A stretch of DNA of 64,000 bases. Origin: Anthoceros angustus (Eukaryota > Plantae > Anthocerotophyta). The stretch's first letter is position 1. The number at the start of each line of letters is the position of its first letter. The notes under the pieces were generated by a model, which was not told where the DNA came from, did not search any database, and saw nothing but the letters and a program-made list of their open reading frames with translations. Below are positions 25,711 to 38,590 of this stretch, in pieces. Location of the stretch: assembly GCA_010909165.1 (NCBI GenBank), contig VJWM01000151.1, positions 186,001 to 250,000 of the forward strand, written 5' to 3'. The translations under genes were made by a program, and so were the position numbers.

Positions 25711-27385
25711 TGTGGGCTACGGACTTCCCTTGGGGGTTAGAAATTAAGGGTTTTGTTTTTGGTAGGTTGGAATAGTAAAATAAAGCGGAAAAGGAGGAAT
25801 AAGCATGGATAGCACTCGGGATGGACTCGGAGTATACTCGGACTCGGAGTGGGCAACGTGCCGGAACCACAGCGGGCAGGACTCGTCGGTTGAGCAGGAT
25901 AAGTCAGGACCCACTCCGGGTCAAAGCAGGATAAATGCGAGAAGTAACTTAGAAGTTGAGTCGTGAGACGGACTAAGCGGCGCCACGTGGGCGGCCTTGA
26001 GTGGAGGTCGGGCATGCGGCAGGGGCCGTAGCCTTGCAGGGGCGTTATAAGCGATATTCACGCCCAGCGGGGCTGGCGTAAAGGCTGCAGGAAGACATGG
26101 AACAGTAGGCACAACATTGTGACCCGGCGCTATGGACTTTGGGCCCAGGCTGGAGGAAGGGTCGAGGAGTGGCACTGGATGTGTTCCGGTATACGGGCGT
26201 TGTGACGTCGCTCACAGAAGGGGAGTTCGCTCGGAAGATGTTGGCGGCCGAGGAGAGTTCGGTCCAGAACCTCCGGGAGGATCGAGCGATGGACCTTGGA
26301 GGTCTGGTGACCTGGCCTTAAGGAGGAAGAAGGGGCGTGGTTCAGGCCTCAAGGCGAAAGAAAAGGAAGATGGGGCCGGCGGAGCGATCTTGAGGGCACA
26401 GGCGATGGACAACCAATGGTGGTTGATACTCGGACTCCGGAGTACGAGTAAGGCTGGCCGGATTATTGTCCATTGGAACACTCACCAAGGTGGATCCCTT
26501 GGTGATAACTATTAGTATTCATGCATGCGTTGTTGAGAAGAGGCGGTGAGGAAGGATTATCTTAGCGGTTCGATCGAGAGCCATGGTGAGGAGGCGAAGC
26601 CCTCGCCATGGGGCATCGACCCGTTACTCTGACCAGCGACACACACACAAAGGGTACATCTTGGTGGCAACGGACTGCACCGGTGGGTGGAAGCGGTGGC
26701 AACAAGAGCGGACTCTGCAAACACGGTGGCCAAATTCCTTTATGAGAACATCATCACAAGGTATGGGTGTCATTGCGGTTAGTGGCGGGGAACTCATTTC
26801 CTCAATGATGTGATAACGCAATGACGGACTATTTGGCATCACACGCCATGGCCCCTACAACCCGAAGGCCAATGGGTTGTGGAGAAGACCAATGGGCGCA
26901 TCTGAATAAGCTCACGTTAACTATGCACGATTGGGATACAAGCTACCATCGGCCACTATGGGCCTTGAGGCGAGAGGGTAACAACACGCGTATTATGACC
27001 TATGGGCATTCACGGTTGCGGTGAATTTGAGGTGCCAACACTTGGTCATGATGGAAGGCCGGCTTAGAGAGAAAAAATAGGCGTTGCTAGGGTTTTGTCC
27101 GGCCTCGGAGGAAGAAGGCGCAATGATGCAACTGCAGAATCAAGCAAGTGGCATGAGGCGCCTCGGAATCGGGAGTATGTGAAGGAGGAGATTTGGCCCT
27201 CCTTCACGGCGTCGCCACATGCACTTTCGGGCAACTCCACCTACGATGGATGGGACCTTACCAGTAGTGCGGTATGTCGCAATGGGTCGTTACCGGCGGT
27301 TGGATGGTGGCACTCGGGTGAGCGGTGGCGGGTGAAAAGTATCATGCCTAGTGTTGGCGGAGGCATGCAGATGAGAAGAGGAGTA
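25711..27385 (+). repeat. Partial LTR (0.9 kb) plus repeated integrase 3' end: tandem duplication of the INT-PPT-LTR junction
   Basis: LTR sequence stops at ccctcgccAT (26608-26609) and resumes as integrase ATggggcatcgac (equivalent to 24527). Confidence 0.85.
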
Positions 27386-30300
27386 TGTGGACTAGGACTT
27401 CCTTGGGGGTTAGAAATAAGTAGGGTTTTGTTTTTTGTAGGTTGGAATAGTAAAATAAAGCGGAAAAGGAGGAATAAGCATGGATAGCACTCGGATGGAC
27501 TCGGAGTATACTCGGACTCGGAGTGAGCACGTGCCGGACCACTGGCGGGCAGGACTCGTCGGTAGCAGGATAAGTCCGGACCCACTCGGGTCAAAGCAGG
27601 ATAAATCGCCGAGTAACTTAAGTTGAGTCGTGAGGACGGACTAAGCGGCGCCACGTGGGCGGCCGAGTGGAGGTCGGGCATCTGCAGGCGGCCTTGCGAG
27701 GCCGTTATAGCGGTATTCACGCCCGCGGGGCTGGCAGGCGTAAAGGCAGTAAGGCGATGGAATGTAGGCGAACAGTGTGACCCGGCGCTATGGTTACTCC
27801 AGGCGGAGAGCGAGAGGTGGTCGAGGAGTGGCACTGGATGTGTTCCAGCACTGCGGAGCGTTTGGCTCACTCAGAGGTCAGGGAGTTCGCTCGGAGATGT
27901 TGGCGGCGACAAGGAGGTTCGGCAAGAACCTCGGGAGGATCTGCGATGGACAGGAGGTCCACGGCCTAACCCGCCCAAGGAAGAAGGGGCGGCGAGTTGG
28001 GCCTCAAGGCGGGGGAAGATGAAGCTGGCGGCGTCTTGAGGGCTGGAGCAGATGGACAACCAAGGAGTTGATCTCGGATGCTTGACTGAGTAAAAGGGGA
28101 GGGATATTGTCCGGGAACTGCTCCAGGTGGATCACCTTGGTGATAACTTGTATTATTCACGCATGCGTTGAGGGGGAAAGGCGGGGTGAGGAAGGATTAT
28201 CTTGCGGTTCGATCGAGGCCATGGCGGAGGCGAAGCCCTCGCCATGAGGTCCCATACACAGTCCATGTATGGGGACATTTGAACTCTGAAGGAGAGAGAG
28301 ATCGGCGGGCGCTCGGGAAGGGGGTGGAGGCCTACGGAAGTGGGCGTGCAAGGGCGCCGAGGTGGGGTGACCCTCTAAGGCCAAGCGGACCGGGAGGGCA
28401 GGGAGGATTAGGACTCCATGCAGAGCGGACCCCTCACCACCAGTATGGGAGAAATCGCTTCCCTTCTCTGCCTCCTCGGAGCAACCAGCAGCGGGAGGAG
28501 CAGCGGAGGCGGGAGTTGGCGGTTCTGACTCCAGTGGCCCAGCCAGCCCGGCGTGACCCATGGGACTCGGCGGGGAACGCAGCCGGCGTCTACCAGCGCG
28601 GCACCGACGGTGCAGTGCCTACCCCTTGGTAACAAGTGAGGCGTGGGAGGCGAAAGGGGCCAGGAGGCGAGAGGTCAGCGGCCGCACCGAGGCAGTCCAT
28701 CCCCAGCAGGAAGGGCAAGGCTAGCTCCGGACCCCTCACCCCGAGCCCAGGGGCAGAAGGCAAATAAGGCTGGCGGCCAAGAGGGCCAAGGAGGGTGAAG
28801 CTCGGGCTCGGCCTCAGGGACCTAAGGGTCTGATTAGGTCCGGAGAACCCGTCCGGACTTACTCGGGCTGGTATGGAGGTCCTTGGCGGACAGCGAAATG
28901 CCCGCTCCCTACGGACTTTGTGGGGGCCTCACGGTGGCGGTAGTGGAAGAAACACGGCGGATCACAGCTACCGTCATGGGCGGTATGCTTTAGTCTCTGG
29001 GAAGAAGACCCGGAGGTAGAAGCCACCGAGGCGTATGGTGCTCCTCAGGGAGGCGGTTGGAGGGGCCAGGAGGCGAGGAGGAAGCTCTCGGCCGCATCGA
29101 GGAAGGAGGCGAGGAGGCCGAGGAATCGGGTCCATCAAGCGGACCGGGAGGAGGCGGGAGGGTGGACTCCATCGTGGAGCGGACCCCTCACCACCGAAGT
29201 ATGGGAGAAATCCCTTCCCTTCTCTGGTGCCTCCTCAGCAGCGGGAGGAGCAGCGGCGTTGGCGCGCCCGGTAGCCAGGCCCGAGCCAGCCCGGGCCCAG
29301 GACTCGGCGGGGAACGAAGAGGCGCAAGGCGTCTGGCGCACACCTCGGGGCGGTGCAGTGCCCTTACCACCTTGCAGTGGAGGCGGAGGCGGAGGAGGCG
29401 AGGAGGAGGAGGCCCGGGAGGCGGAGGTCAGCGGCCGCACCGAGCAGTCTGTCGCAGGAAGGGCAAAGGGCTAGCTCCGGACCCCTCACCCCGAGCCCAG
29501 GAGAAGAGGCAAATAAGGCTGGCCAAGAGGGCCAAGGAGGTGAAGCTCGGGCTCGGCTCGGGACCTAAGGGTCTGATTAGGTCCGGAGAACCCGGTCAGG
29601 ACTTACTCGGGCTGGTATGGAGGTCCTTGGACGATGCCCGCTCCCACTACGGACTTTGTGGGGGCCTCACGGTGGCGGCCGTGGAAGAAACACAGCGGAT
29701 CACAGCTACCGTCATGGGCGGTATGCTTTAGTCTCTGGGAAGAAGACCCGGAGGTAGAAGCCACCGAGGCGTATGGTGCTCCTCAGGGAGGCGGTTGGAG
29801 GGGCCAGGAGGCGAGGAGGAAGCTCTCGGCCGCATCGAGGAAGGAGGCGAGGAGGCGGAGGAAGTCTGGTCCATCAAGCGGACCGGGAGGAGGAGGCGGG
29901 AGGTGGACTCCATCGTGGAGCGGACCCCTCACCACCGAAGTATGGGAGAAATCCCTTCCCTTCTCTGGTGCCTCCTCAGCAGCGGAGGAGCAGCGGAGGC
30001 GGAGTTGGCGGAATGAGCGGAGGAGGCCGGACCCAGTGGCCGGACTCGGCGGGGAACGAAGAGGCGCAAGGCGTCTGGCGCACACCTCGGGGCGGTGCAG
30101 TGCCCTTACCACCTTGCAGTGGAGGCGGAGGCGGAGGAGGCGAAGGGAGGCCCGGGAGGCGAGGAGGTCCTTGGCGGCCGCACCGAGCAGTCTGTCGCAG
30201 GAAGGGCAAAGGCTAGCTCCGGACCCCTCACCCCGAGCCCAGGAGAAGAGGCAAATAAGGCTGGCCAAGAGGGCCAAGGAGGTGAAGCTCGGGCTCGGCT

Positions 30301-33043
30301 CGGGACCTAAGGGTCTGATTAGGTCCGGAGAACCCGGTCCGGACTTACTCGGGCTGGTATGGAGGTCCTTGGCGGACGAAATGCCCGCTCCCACTACGGA
30401 CTTTGTGGGGGCCTCACGGTGGCGGCCGTGGAAGAAACACAGCGGTCGCTACCGTCATGGGCGGTATGCTTTGGGGTCTGCGGGGCCGAAGACCCGAGGT
30501 AGAAGCCACCCGGGCGTGGTGCTCCTCAGGGAGGCGGTTGGAGGGCCGGGAGGCGGAGGAAGGCCGAGCTCGGCCGCATCGAGGAAGGAGGAAGCAGGGA
30601 GGCGGGGAGGGTCGTCCATCCGCAGGACGGACTAAATTCCTTAATGGGTGAGCAAGCGAGCCTGAGAGGCCAAGCACAGGCGGAAGACCTCTGCAGGCGG
30701 AGGAGTGGCCGGGAGGCGGTTGGAGGAGGCAGGAGGAGGCAAGCTCGGCCGCATCGAGGAAGAAGCGGGGGCAGGAGGAAGTGGTCCATCCGCAAGAGGA
30801 CTAAATTCCTTTGGGTGGCAATGAAACGAGGCCAAGCAGGCGGAAGACCTCTGCAGGCGGAGGAGTAGCGGAGGCGAGAGGAGGCCGGGCGCAGCGGAGA
30901 AGGCTCGTGGCTGGCGGAGCGGCGGACCAGCGCCAAATGGGTGGCTTCAGTGAAAGCGGCAAGGGAGGCGGAAGCCGCTAAAAAGCCGGGATCACTATCG
31001 GCGTGATCGGGTGGAGGAGGCGAGGATAAATGCGGCTAACACTGAAGAAGGCGGGGCGGGGCGGAGGCAGTGCAGGCCGGCCATGGGGAGGAGCAGCGGA
31101 GGAGATGGAGGATCTCGGTCTCGGTGCGTGAGGTGGGCGTGGCGGAGATGGAAGGCCGCAAGGAGACCACAGGCTGCGGCTCCACTACCATTGAGAGGAA
31201 TGGTAGATACTGCGGGCGTGATCGCGGATCACGAGCGAAATAAGCTCCGGCTACTGTTGGCCAGACTGGCGATGGAGCAGAGGCGGGGCGTCGCGAAATG
31301 GAGAAGGACACAGGCGAGGCCCATGATGAGCGAGTTGCCCCCACTTTGGAGAGGAGATGGCGGAGTTAGCGGAATGAGCGGAGGAGGCGAGAGCCTTGGG
31401 CCTTGAAAAGCTGCTGGTCCCGGTTGAGAAAGGCGGAAGAGGCTGCGCTATGGCGGGTAAGCTAGCGGAGGCGGAAGCAGCGGAGGAGGCGGGGCGGAGC
31501 AACGTGGCTGCGAGGAGGTGGCCAAGGGCCTTAGCCTCGCGTGTCTGGCCCGGCTCCGGTATCAAACTGGCGGGGAGGTGGCCCAACAAAGGCGGGGCGG
31601 CCCGGAACACCTATGGCGAAGGGAGTATCGGGTGCTCGGGCTGCGTGGAAGAGCAATTGACAAGTTGATTCGGACTTTGCCTATTACCAGAGCTCCTTAA
31701 GACATTGGCGACCTCTCGGCGCCGGCATAAACCGGACCTCTGGAAGGCTCGAGAGGGATGAAGGGCAGGGGCGGTGCAGGGGACTCTAGTGGCCTGTTTG
31801 GAGGCAGCAGTGGCGGGGAGAAGAGCATCGGAGGAGGCGGGGCCGGCCCGGTAGCAATCCCGAGGTAAGTCGGCAGCACACTTTCGGGAGATAGGCGGGG
31901 GCCTTGAAGGGGAGTGGAAGGAGGAAGCCCATAGGCCAAGACAAGGGTCGGTGGGAAGGATGAGGACCTAGCGATGAGGTCCGCGGGTAAGAGTCGGGCG
32001 TGGAGGCCGGACCCGGTAATAAGTCGGACCTTTGGTCCAGAACCCGAAGATGAGGCCGGACCCAGTGAGGACTCGGGGAAGAGGCAGACTCCAGTTCCGA
32101 CTCGAGTCGAGGCCGGACCCAGTGGCCGGACTCGGGGAAGAGGAGGAGTCCCCTCAGGCTTACGTGGAGGCGATCGGTGGCCCTAGGACGGACCTTTGGG
32201 GAACGAGAAGCAGCGTTGTAGCTTGAGGTCGTCGGACCGCCCGGTAGCTAACTGTGAGTTCGGGAAGAGGAAGGGTCCGCCTCGCGGATCATCCGATTGG
32301 GTGCGCGCAATGTCGGAGAGATTGGACCACCAATCCCAGGCGGAACCGGGACCTTCAGACCCCAAGCCGAAGGAGATAGGAGGAGGAATAGGATGGTAGG
32401 CGGCGATTAGGCGTCTTGGTAACCAGCTCGAATAGGGGTGTAATAAAGGCGCCGACCTCGGCGTAGTATAAGAATTTGAGGCTCTAAGTAAAGTATCTTT
32501 CTCTTGGTGTTGATGCGTTTCTTGCTGTCGTCTTCTTGCTAACGAGTCTGAGTCAAGAGCCACGGCCCGGAGGCGTCAAGGTTACGGTAGCGGACCTAGC
32601 GTGTGGTGGTGTGTGCGAGAAGGGTGGCTGGGGACCCGTGTTCGTCGAGCGGCCAGTGTCAGCAGGCCGGAGCGTGTGGTGGAGGAACTCGGGAGGCGTG
32701 TAGAGCCGGACGGAGAGGCCAGCGAGCAGCGGAGGAGGTCGGGCAGCCCCGTTTTCCCTAAGACTAATGAGTGTAGTGTGAGTGGAGAAGAGCGGACTAG
32801 AGGTGCAAGTGACGTGAGCGATCACAGGCGCGAGGTCCCTAAGCGTTTAGCCACACGGGCTGTCACGGTGAAGCGTTGCGAGTAGTTAGATCACAGCGAA
32901 TGTGTGCGTTGAGGGGAGCGGACGCAAAGTGAAGTAAGAATAAATGCAGCAAGCAGCAGCGGGCCTATTCCCTTAGGAGCGGACTCCTTCCTAGCGACAC
33001 GGGATTGTCTGGCGCGGCTGGCCGTCGGCCGAAAGTCGCGACG
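27386..33043 (+). repeat. 3' LTR (5658 bp), expanded by a ~740-bp unit x3 and a smaller duplication
   Basis: Junctions 'gtccatc|aagcggaccgggagg' at ~29135 and ~29875; extra ~170-bp repeat near 30615-30850. Ends ..gtcgcgacg rather than ..ca. Confidence 0.85.
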
Positions 33044-34322
33044 GCTAGATATGAGTGCGAAATAAGGGGACTTGCGATGCAAGCTCATGCCATCTGAGGC
33101 ACTCCATTCGTGAGCTCCACTCATATAGAGCAAGCACCTCCGGCTCCGCCCTTGTTGCCGATGGGCATAGCAGCTATGCTATCGAGGCAATCCATATCAC
33201 CACACTCTTTGTGTTCATGCTGCGGTGGCGTGCCTCAAAGTTTGAGTTCACCACATTTTGCGTACCCCTACCCATACCCAGCAATCAGCACCATCCATGT
33301 CATCATATCATTTGTGCCATGCTATGAGAAACCTAACCTGGCCTGCATCAGCTGGAAATGACACCGTAAGAACCTAATTTGACGTGCATTTTTTAGTTGT
33401 CCATATTTTACCGCCACTCCCGACTATGTTCCTACCTTCCGGCACTCAAACTTTGTTCACTTTGTTGAGGCACTTTAGTTTTTCATGCGTCGAAAAGGAA
33501 AGAAAATAGTATTATATTATTTTTTATTTCTACAATTATTCAGCTATGGAATTCCAGAAACTGTGAATCAATGTATGTAAAATTTAAAGTAAAAAAAAAA
33601 AGGTAAAGATACATTCGTGAAAAATCTGGACAAAAATAGAGAGAACGTGGAGACTTTATAAATATGCAAGAGATAGGAAGTCCCCATCTACACCGGGTGA
33701 TGGAACAACTCTCTACGGACCTCGGGCCAAAGGGGACTAGCCCCGTTGTCAACCTCGATTTAAGGGGACAAATAAGCAATGAAAGATACAACAAGATATA
33801 ATTTCTTTCGGGATTACATTGTCCGTGGACTAAAAAGATTTCTTTTCAAGAATCGCTATTTGATTTATCTATGTTGTAAGAATCGGTTTTGTATCTAAAT
33901 TCTAGTATACTTATTTAGACTTTTGTCAAGTAGATCATTTCTAGATGATGAACAAACATGAAAAATTTTGAACACCCCAAAATGGAAGTTGGTCCTTCTA
34001 GGCTTCATGTCCTCATGGGGTTGACAATTTCATCTTGAAACACAATTCTCCATCCATTGTAAATTATATTGTTGCGAGAAGGTAATGTACACAACTCCTA
34101 TCATCTTTTCCGTCTTTTCGATTTCTTAACTGTACAAAAAATGTAAATATATAAAAGCCAATTCCAAACACTTCCATTGACTAGGTGGAACAAACGTGCA
34201 AATAGGCTTTGTATTGCAAAGTCCTCGTGATTAAACTTTCCCACTTGAGCGCTTGTTGGTTAAGCTTTTAGATGCCGATAGAAAACTTCTTACCCCTTCT
34301 TTTACCATCCATACCATAAACG

Positions 34323-34736
34323 CGGCTTCCACCACTCGAGAAGCTGGTGCTAGTTGTTGATGAGGAGGAAAGTGATCATTTTTTATTATTTATAGCGCAT
34401 GAGCTGAACGATGATTCACGTGACATGTTTCATTTATATGTATATTCTTTAGCCATAGGTCAATGGACGGTTCAAGAATTCAACCAAAAAAGAAACATAG
34501 GTGACATGTTTCATTTATATGTCGATGTAAGTGTCTAAAGATTCGGAGTTAATATTACTTTGATTGCACATGTTGTAGACGACAATTATGATGTATTATT
34601 TGAGCTGGTGTCATTTGATAATGAGATAATTACAAGTCAGCAAACGTTTATGAGTGGAAACCCTCTTGAGCCTTTAAATTTACATCCATATGGTGAAGTA
34701 CGGGAAATTGGATTTGTTGCCCACAATGGACACTTT
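34323..34736 (+). pseudogene. Inverted fragment of the F-box gene
   Basis: Reverse complement of 6881-7287 (IAHVVDDNYDVLFEL..GNPLEPLNLHPYGEV), directly after a direct copy that ends at the position equivalent to 6882. Confidence 0.85.
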
Positions 34737-35765
34737 AGTGTAGTTTCTTGTGGGGCAACATTTTGTGGGACATCGTCTTGTGCAATAACATTTGATCTAT
34801 CCATCCAATGTTTGCAGCCGCCTACAAACTTGAAGGAGTTCACGAGTTCACAGGCATGGTGGGTTACTACGGCGCTTCATCCGATTTCCGCGCGCCGCCA
34901 AGCTAGAGTTACTCGGGAAGGAGGAGGGTCTGGACATCCAAAGGGAGGCGTTCGAGACCTACAAACCACCAGTCGGTGCCCGATGTTGAAAGGTCGGGGC
35001 GGGAAAGCGATTCCATGTGTATGTGGATGTGTCGGCCTTTGCCGTTGGAGTGGTGCTCAGCCAAAAGGACGATAAGCGGAGGGACCATCCAATCTACTAC
35101 GCAGGAAGGCGCTCACGCATGCGAGCAGTACACTATTACGGGCGCGAGGCGTTGGGGATGGTATCTGTGATTAAGAAATTCGGGCATTACCTTACACCCC
35201 AATGAGTTTGTGTTTATATGTCGATCACCGGCGCTCAAGCATTTGGTGAACAAAGCGAGATCTGTCAAGGCGAGGTGGATTACATTGCTGAGTTTACCTT
35301 TGAGGTAGTGACCGAGGCGGCCGCTGTGGCTTCTTGTCGAGTTAAAAGCAGAACTGTCGCACGCAAGACGGAGGCGCCTTCCGGACGAGGCGGTGGCGTG
35401 ATAGAGGAAGAAGCGGAGGAGTGCGGCAGGACAAACCCTAAGCTTGGAAATGGCGAAACCACAGCGAAGCGGAGAAGGGAGGCGGGCCTTGAAGGCGGCC
35501 ACTTGTGTGGAATTGGGCGGTACCTATGGGAAATGGAACTACAGAGTTGAAGGTGACAGGCCTATGCCTCGCCCGTCCTTTTAGGTTGTATAGCCTTTGC
35601 ATCTTTAAAATGGGGCAGGAGCAGGCGTGGGCAGGCCACCTTCAAGGCGGAGACGGAGGTGGTAATAAAAGGGATGCACGAAGGATTGAACGGTGGACAT
35701 TATGCAGCACAGGTCACCACCAAGAAAATCTTGGAGGCTGGGTACTGGTGGCCCACCATGTATAG
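34737..35765 (+). mobile_element. Gypsy RT-RNaseH-integrase fragment, same family as the 16-33 kb element
   Basis: Collinear with ~23400-24425: LQPPTNLKE, MYVDVSAFAVGVVLSQK, caccaccaagaaaatcttggagg, WWPTMY. Confidence 0.85.
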
Positions 35766-36639
35766 GGATACATGCATTGATTCTAAAGAGTTTATTCTTT
35801 AAAAAAATCATTTACTTATTTCCTGAAAGATTCTGATTTTTTATAGAGTTCCACAACAGGGGCACCGGGCGCACATTGACATAGCAGTGGTTGAGTCATG
35901 GCTTTTTGTACCCTGAAACTCGACGGTGGTCAAAGCGAGACAAGAAGGCTTGTGGAGCTTGGATTCATGGGTAGAAGCTGTGATTAGTTAGCGACTAGAA
36001 AATGGGTGCTATGAAAAAGATTTCCACCTGAGTTGCTTCAGCTAGATCATGATGCTTCTATAGGAATAGATCTATCACCTGCATACTGGCACACTGGAAC
36101 ACAAAGAAGACAAATATCTTCACGCAATCTCATGACGAACAGCGGCGGCTTTACATGAAGCAGCATCACAGCGTAGATAATACCTATCGTGCATACTCAC
36201 CCAGTACTTGTCTTCCCTCTTCCGCCATATGCATGTCTCCACACGATCCTAGGAGGTCTTTTCGCCTAACATTTTTTGTCTAACATTTTCTATGTGAGGG
36301 GGAGTATTCGAACAGAAAGCAGACAGATCCCGATAGGCCATTCATTTGCAACATCGCACCTTAGGGGGGGATGGCATTCCAGCCTGCTGTTGCTCATTGC
36401 TCTGCTCATCATCGGTTGTGCCCATAGTACCGTCTGGCAAATTATCAGGCAGTGCACTTACGCATCAACTGTGGCAACCGCATGAATCTTGGCTTGCAAA
36501 ATCGGATGTTGGCAGGGAATCTAACTGTTAAACCATTCGGCATGCTTCCGGCACATACTTGCTTATGGAGGCATAATTTCATTCGAAGCGGGCAATTGTC
36601 CGGCCCACCAAATCCTCTGAACTGTGAATTTTGACAGGT

Positions 36640-36701
36640 GCCTCGTTCATAGACGAGTCACCCTACAGCAGCCGTAGGGTGACTGGTTTATGAACGCAGG
36701 C
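36640..36701. other. Near-perfect ~27-bp-stem hairpin
   Basis: gcctcgttcatagacgagtcaccctac-agcagcc-gtagggtgactggtttatgaacgcaggc: 1 mismatch, 1 G-U pair, 1 bulge. Confidence 0.8.
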
Positions 36702-36748
36702 TACGATCACGGCTACGATCGCTGCCGCTGTGTCAAGACTCCAAAGCG

Positions 36749-37066
36749 GTGACATTTGATCTTCTTGAGGTTTGGCATCTGGAGTTCATGAAGCTTCTAG
36801 GGCCAGGTCCTGAGATCTTGTTTGTGGCCGCAGAATTGGCCGAGGAAGGAGAGGTGTACTACTACCCAAACGGCAAGGAGTTCTACTTCACCACCACCGA
36901 AGTTCCTGGCCAGCCAATTGATCCAGGTTTGGAGTCAAGATGCCAACCCCAGCAGCTCCCTTATCTGCCACGGCCAGCTATTGCCGTGAGCCAGCGAGCT
37001 GAAGAGCAGCTCAAAGAGAAGGAATGGACACCAGATCATCGTCCAGATGAGGCTCATAGCCGCTAG
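36749..37066 (+). CDS. Possible coding exon or gene fragment of unknown protein
   Basis: 105-aa open frame with coding-like codon usage (EEGEVYYYPNGKEFYF). No recognisable domain and no clear start. Confidence 0.25.
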   Translation: MTFDLLEVWHLEFMKLLGPGPEILFVAAELAEEGEVYYYPNGKEFYFTTTEVPGQPIDPGLESRCQPQQLPYLPRPAIAVSQRAEEQLKEKEWTPDHRPDEAHSR

Positions 37067-37289
37067 AGCTAGACGAAGGAACCAAGGGTAGAACTAGAGG
37101 TTAGACTGAGCAAGATTAAGCTAACCCCAGTCAGTCACTAACCAGTCCAGTAGTTAAGTTCCCTCAGGTAAAGAAATGGTCGGAACCTAACCGTATTGTA
37201 GCAAGTCCTCCTCATGCGATCTCGGCTATGGCCGTATTCTCTATGGAGGATCAATAATTCGCTTTCTATGCACGAATAAAGTAAAATTT

Positions 37290-38590
37290 ATGTCCAAAAC
37301 AAAAGATGAAAAAATAAGTACAAGGAAGATGAAAGGGAAAATGAATTTAAGGAAGATGAAGGGAAAAATGAGCTTAGGGAAGATGAAGGGAAAAATGAGT
37401 TTAAGGAACAGGAAGAAAATAAGTATGAGTAATATCAAGGATGAAACGATTATATGGACACAAATATGAGCAAGATCTATTTCTTAGGAAAGGAAATTGA
37501 ATATTTGGTAAATATTCCTACTGAAGAAGAACTCCAAGAAATACTCTAAGAGTTGGAATGCTTCGATGACAACGCTTTAAAACTCAGATGTGACTTGTAG
37601 AGAGAACCTATACTAAGTGACTTGAAGGACGATATGTGTAAGGAGTTTGATAGGTGCGTTCTACTCTACATATCTGAATAGCGCAAAGTAGAAGGCATTC
37701 ATCTTTATATGCAAGACAAAACTAAAATCGTTCAACTTCTAAGGCCTCTTGGAATAGAGTTTGGCGGCCTTTCTACTAATGAGGAAAAGGATATTCTTCC
37801 TCAAGAAGAAAGTGAATATGAGTCTAGATACATTTTGTCTGAAGAAAAAGACAAATATGTGTACGACAACATTCTTCCAAAAGAAGAAAACAAATATAAA
37901 GAGGACATTATTTCTACTCAAGAAGTAAACCAATATGCCGAGCAAAGTTTTACGCATCTTGAATCTAGATACATTTTCTCTGAAGAAAAAAGAGACTATG
38001 AGTATGAAGACATTCTTACACAAGAAGTAAACCAATATGAGGAGGACATTTTTACTCAAGAAAAAAAACCAATATCGAGAGAAAAAATTCACTCAAGATG
38101 TAAACCAATATGGCGAGGAAATTTTTACACATCTTGAATCTAGATACATTTTTTTTTGAAGAAAAAGGAAAATATGAGAATGAAGACATTCTTACCAAAG
38201 AAGTAAACCAATATGAGGAGGATATTTTTACTCAGGGAAAAAAATAAATATCACCTTTTCACTCAAGACAATCTTACTGAACAAGATAACCAGTATGAGA
38301 AACACCGTGGCTTATTTGAAGACGAAAACGGATATAACGAAGGCATTTTAATAGAGTACGAAAATGAATACGAGAAAGATATTGTCATTGAAGAGGAGAA
38401 CAAATATAATATAGATGTTCGTCTTAACATGGAAAATTTAACTCCGGTTGTCGAACTTCCAACACATCTTGGAAGTGAGTATGACTATCTTTTCACTCAA
38501 GATATTCTTAGTCAACAAAAAGACGAATATGAGGAACTATGATATGTTATTTGCACCATGCCATATAAATTTTCTTGCAGTACATAATTA
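37290..38590 (+). pseudogene. Diverged acidic-family pseudogene containing a fragment of the X1/X2 domain
   Basis: Acidic repeats (QEVNQY.E, RYIF.EEK) and a C-terminus EEL*YVICTMPY homologous to ELWNAICNMPY. In-frame stop codons; no REL insertion. Confidence 0.65.

Larger units (their letters stand above)
16023..33043 (+). mobile_element. Ty3/gypsy LTR retrotransposon, Athila-like non-chromovirus, with internal tandem duplications
   Basis: 5-bp TSD GCTAG (16018-16022, 33044-33048). LTR starts TGTGG and the 5' LTR ends CCACA. PBS, gag-PR-RT-RH-INT order, PPT and matching 3' LTR are present; no chromodomain after the integrase. Confidence 0.92.
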
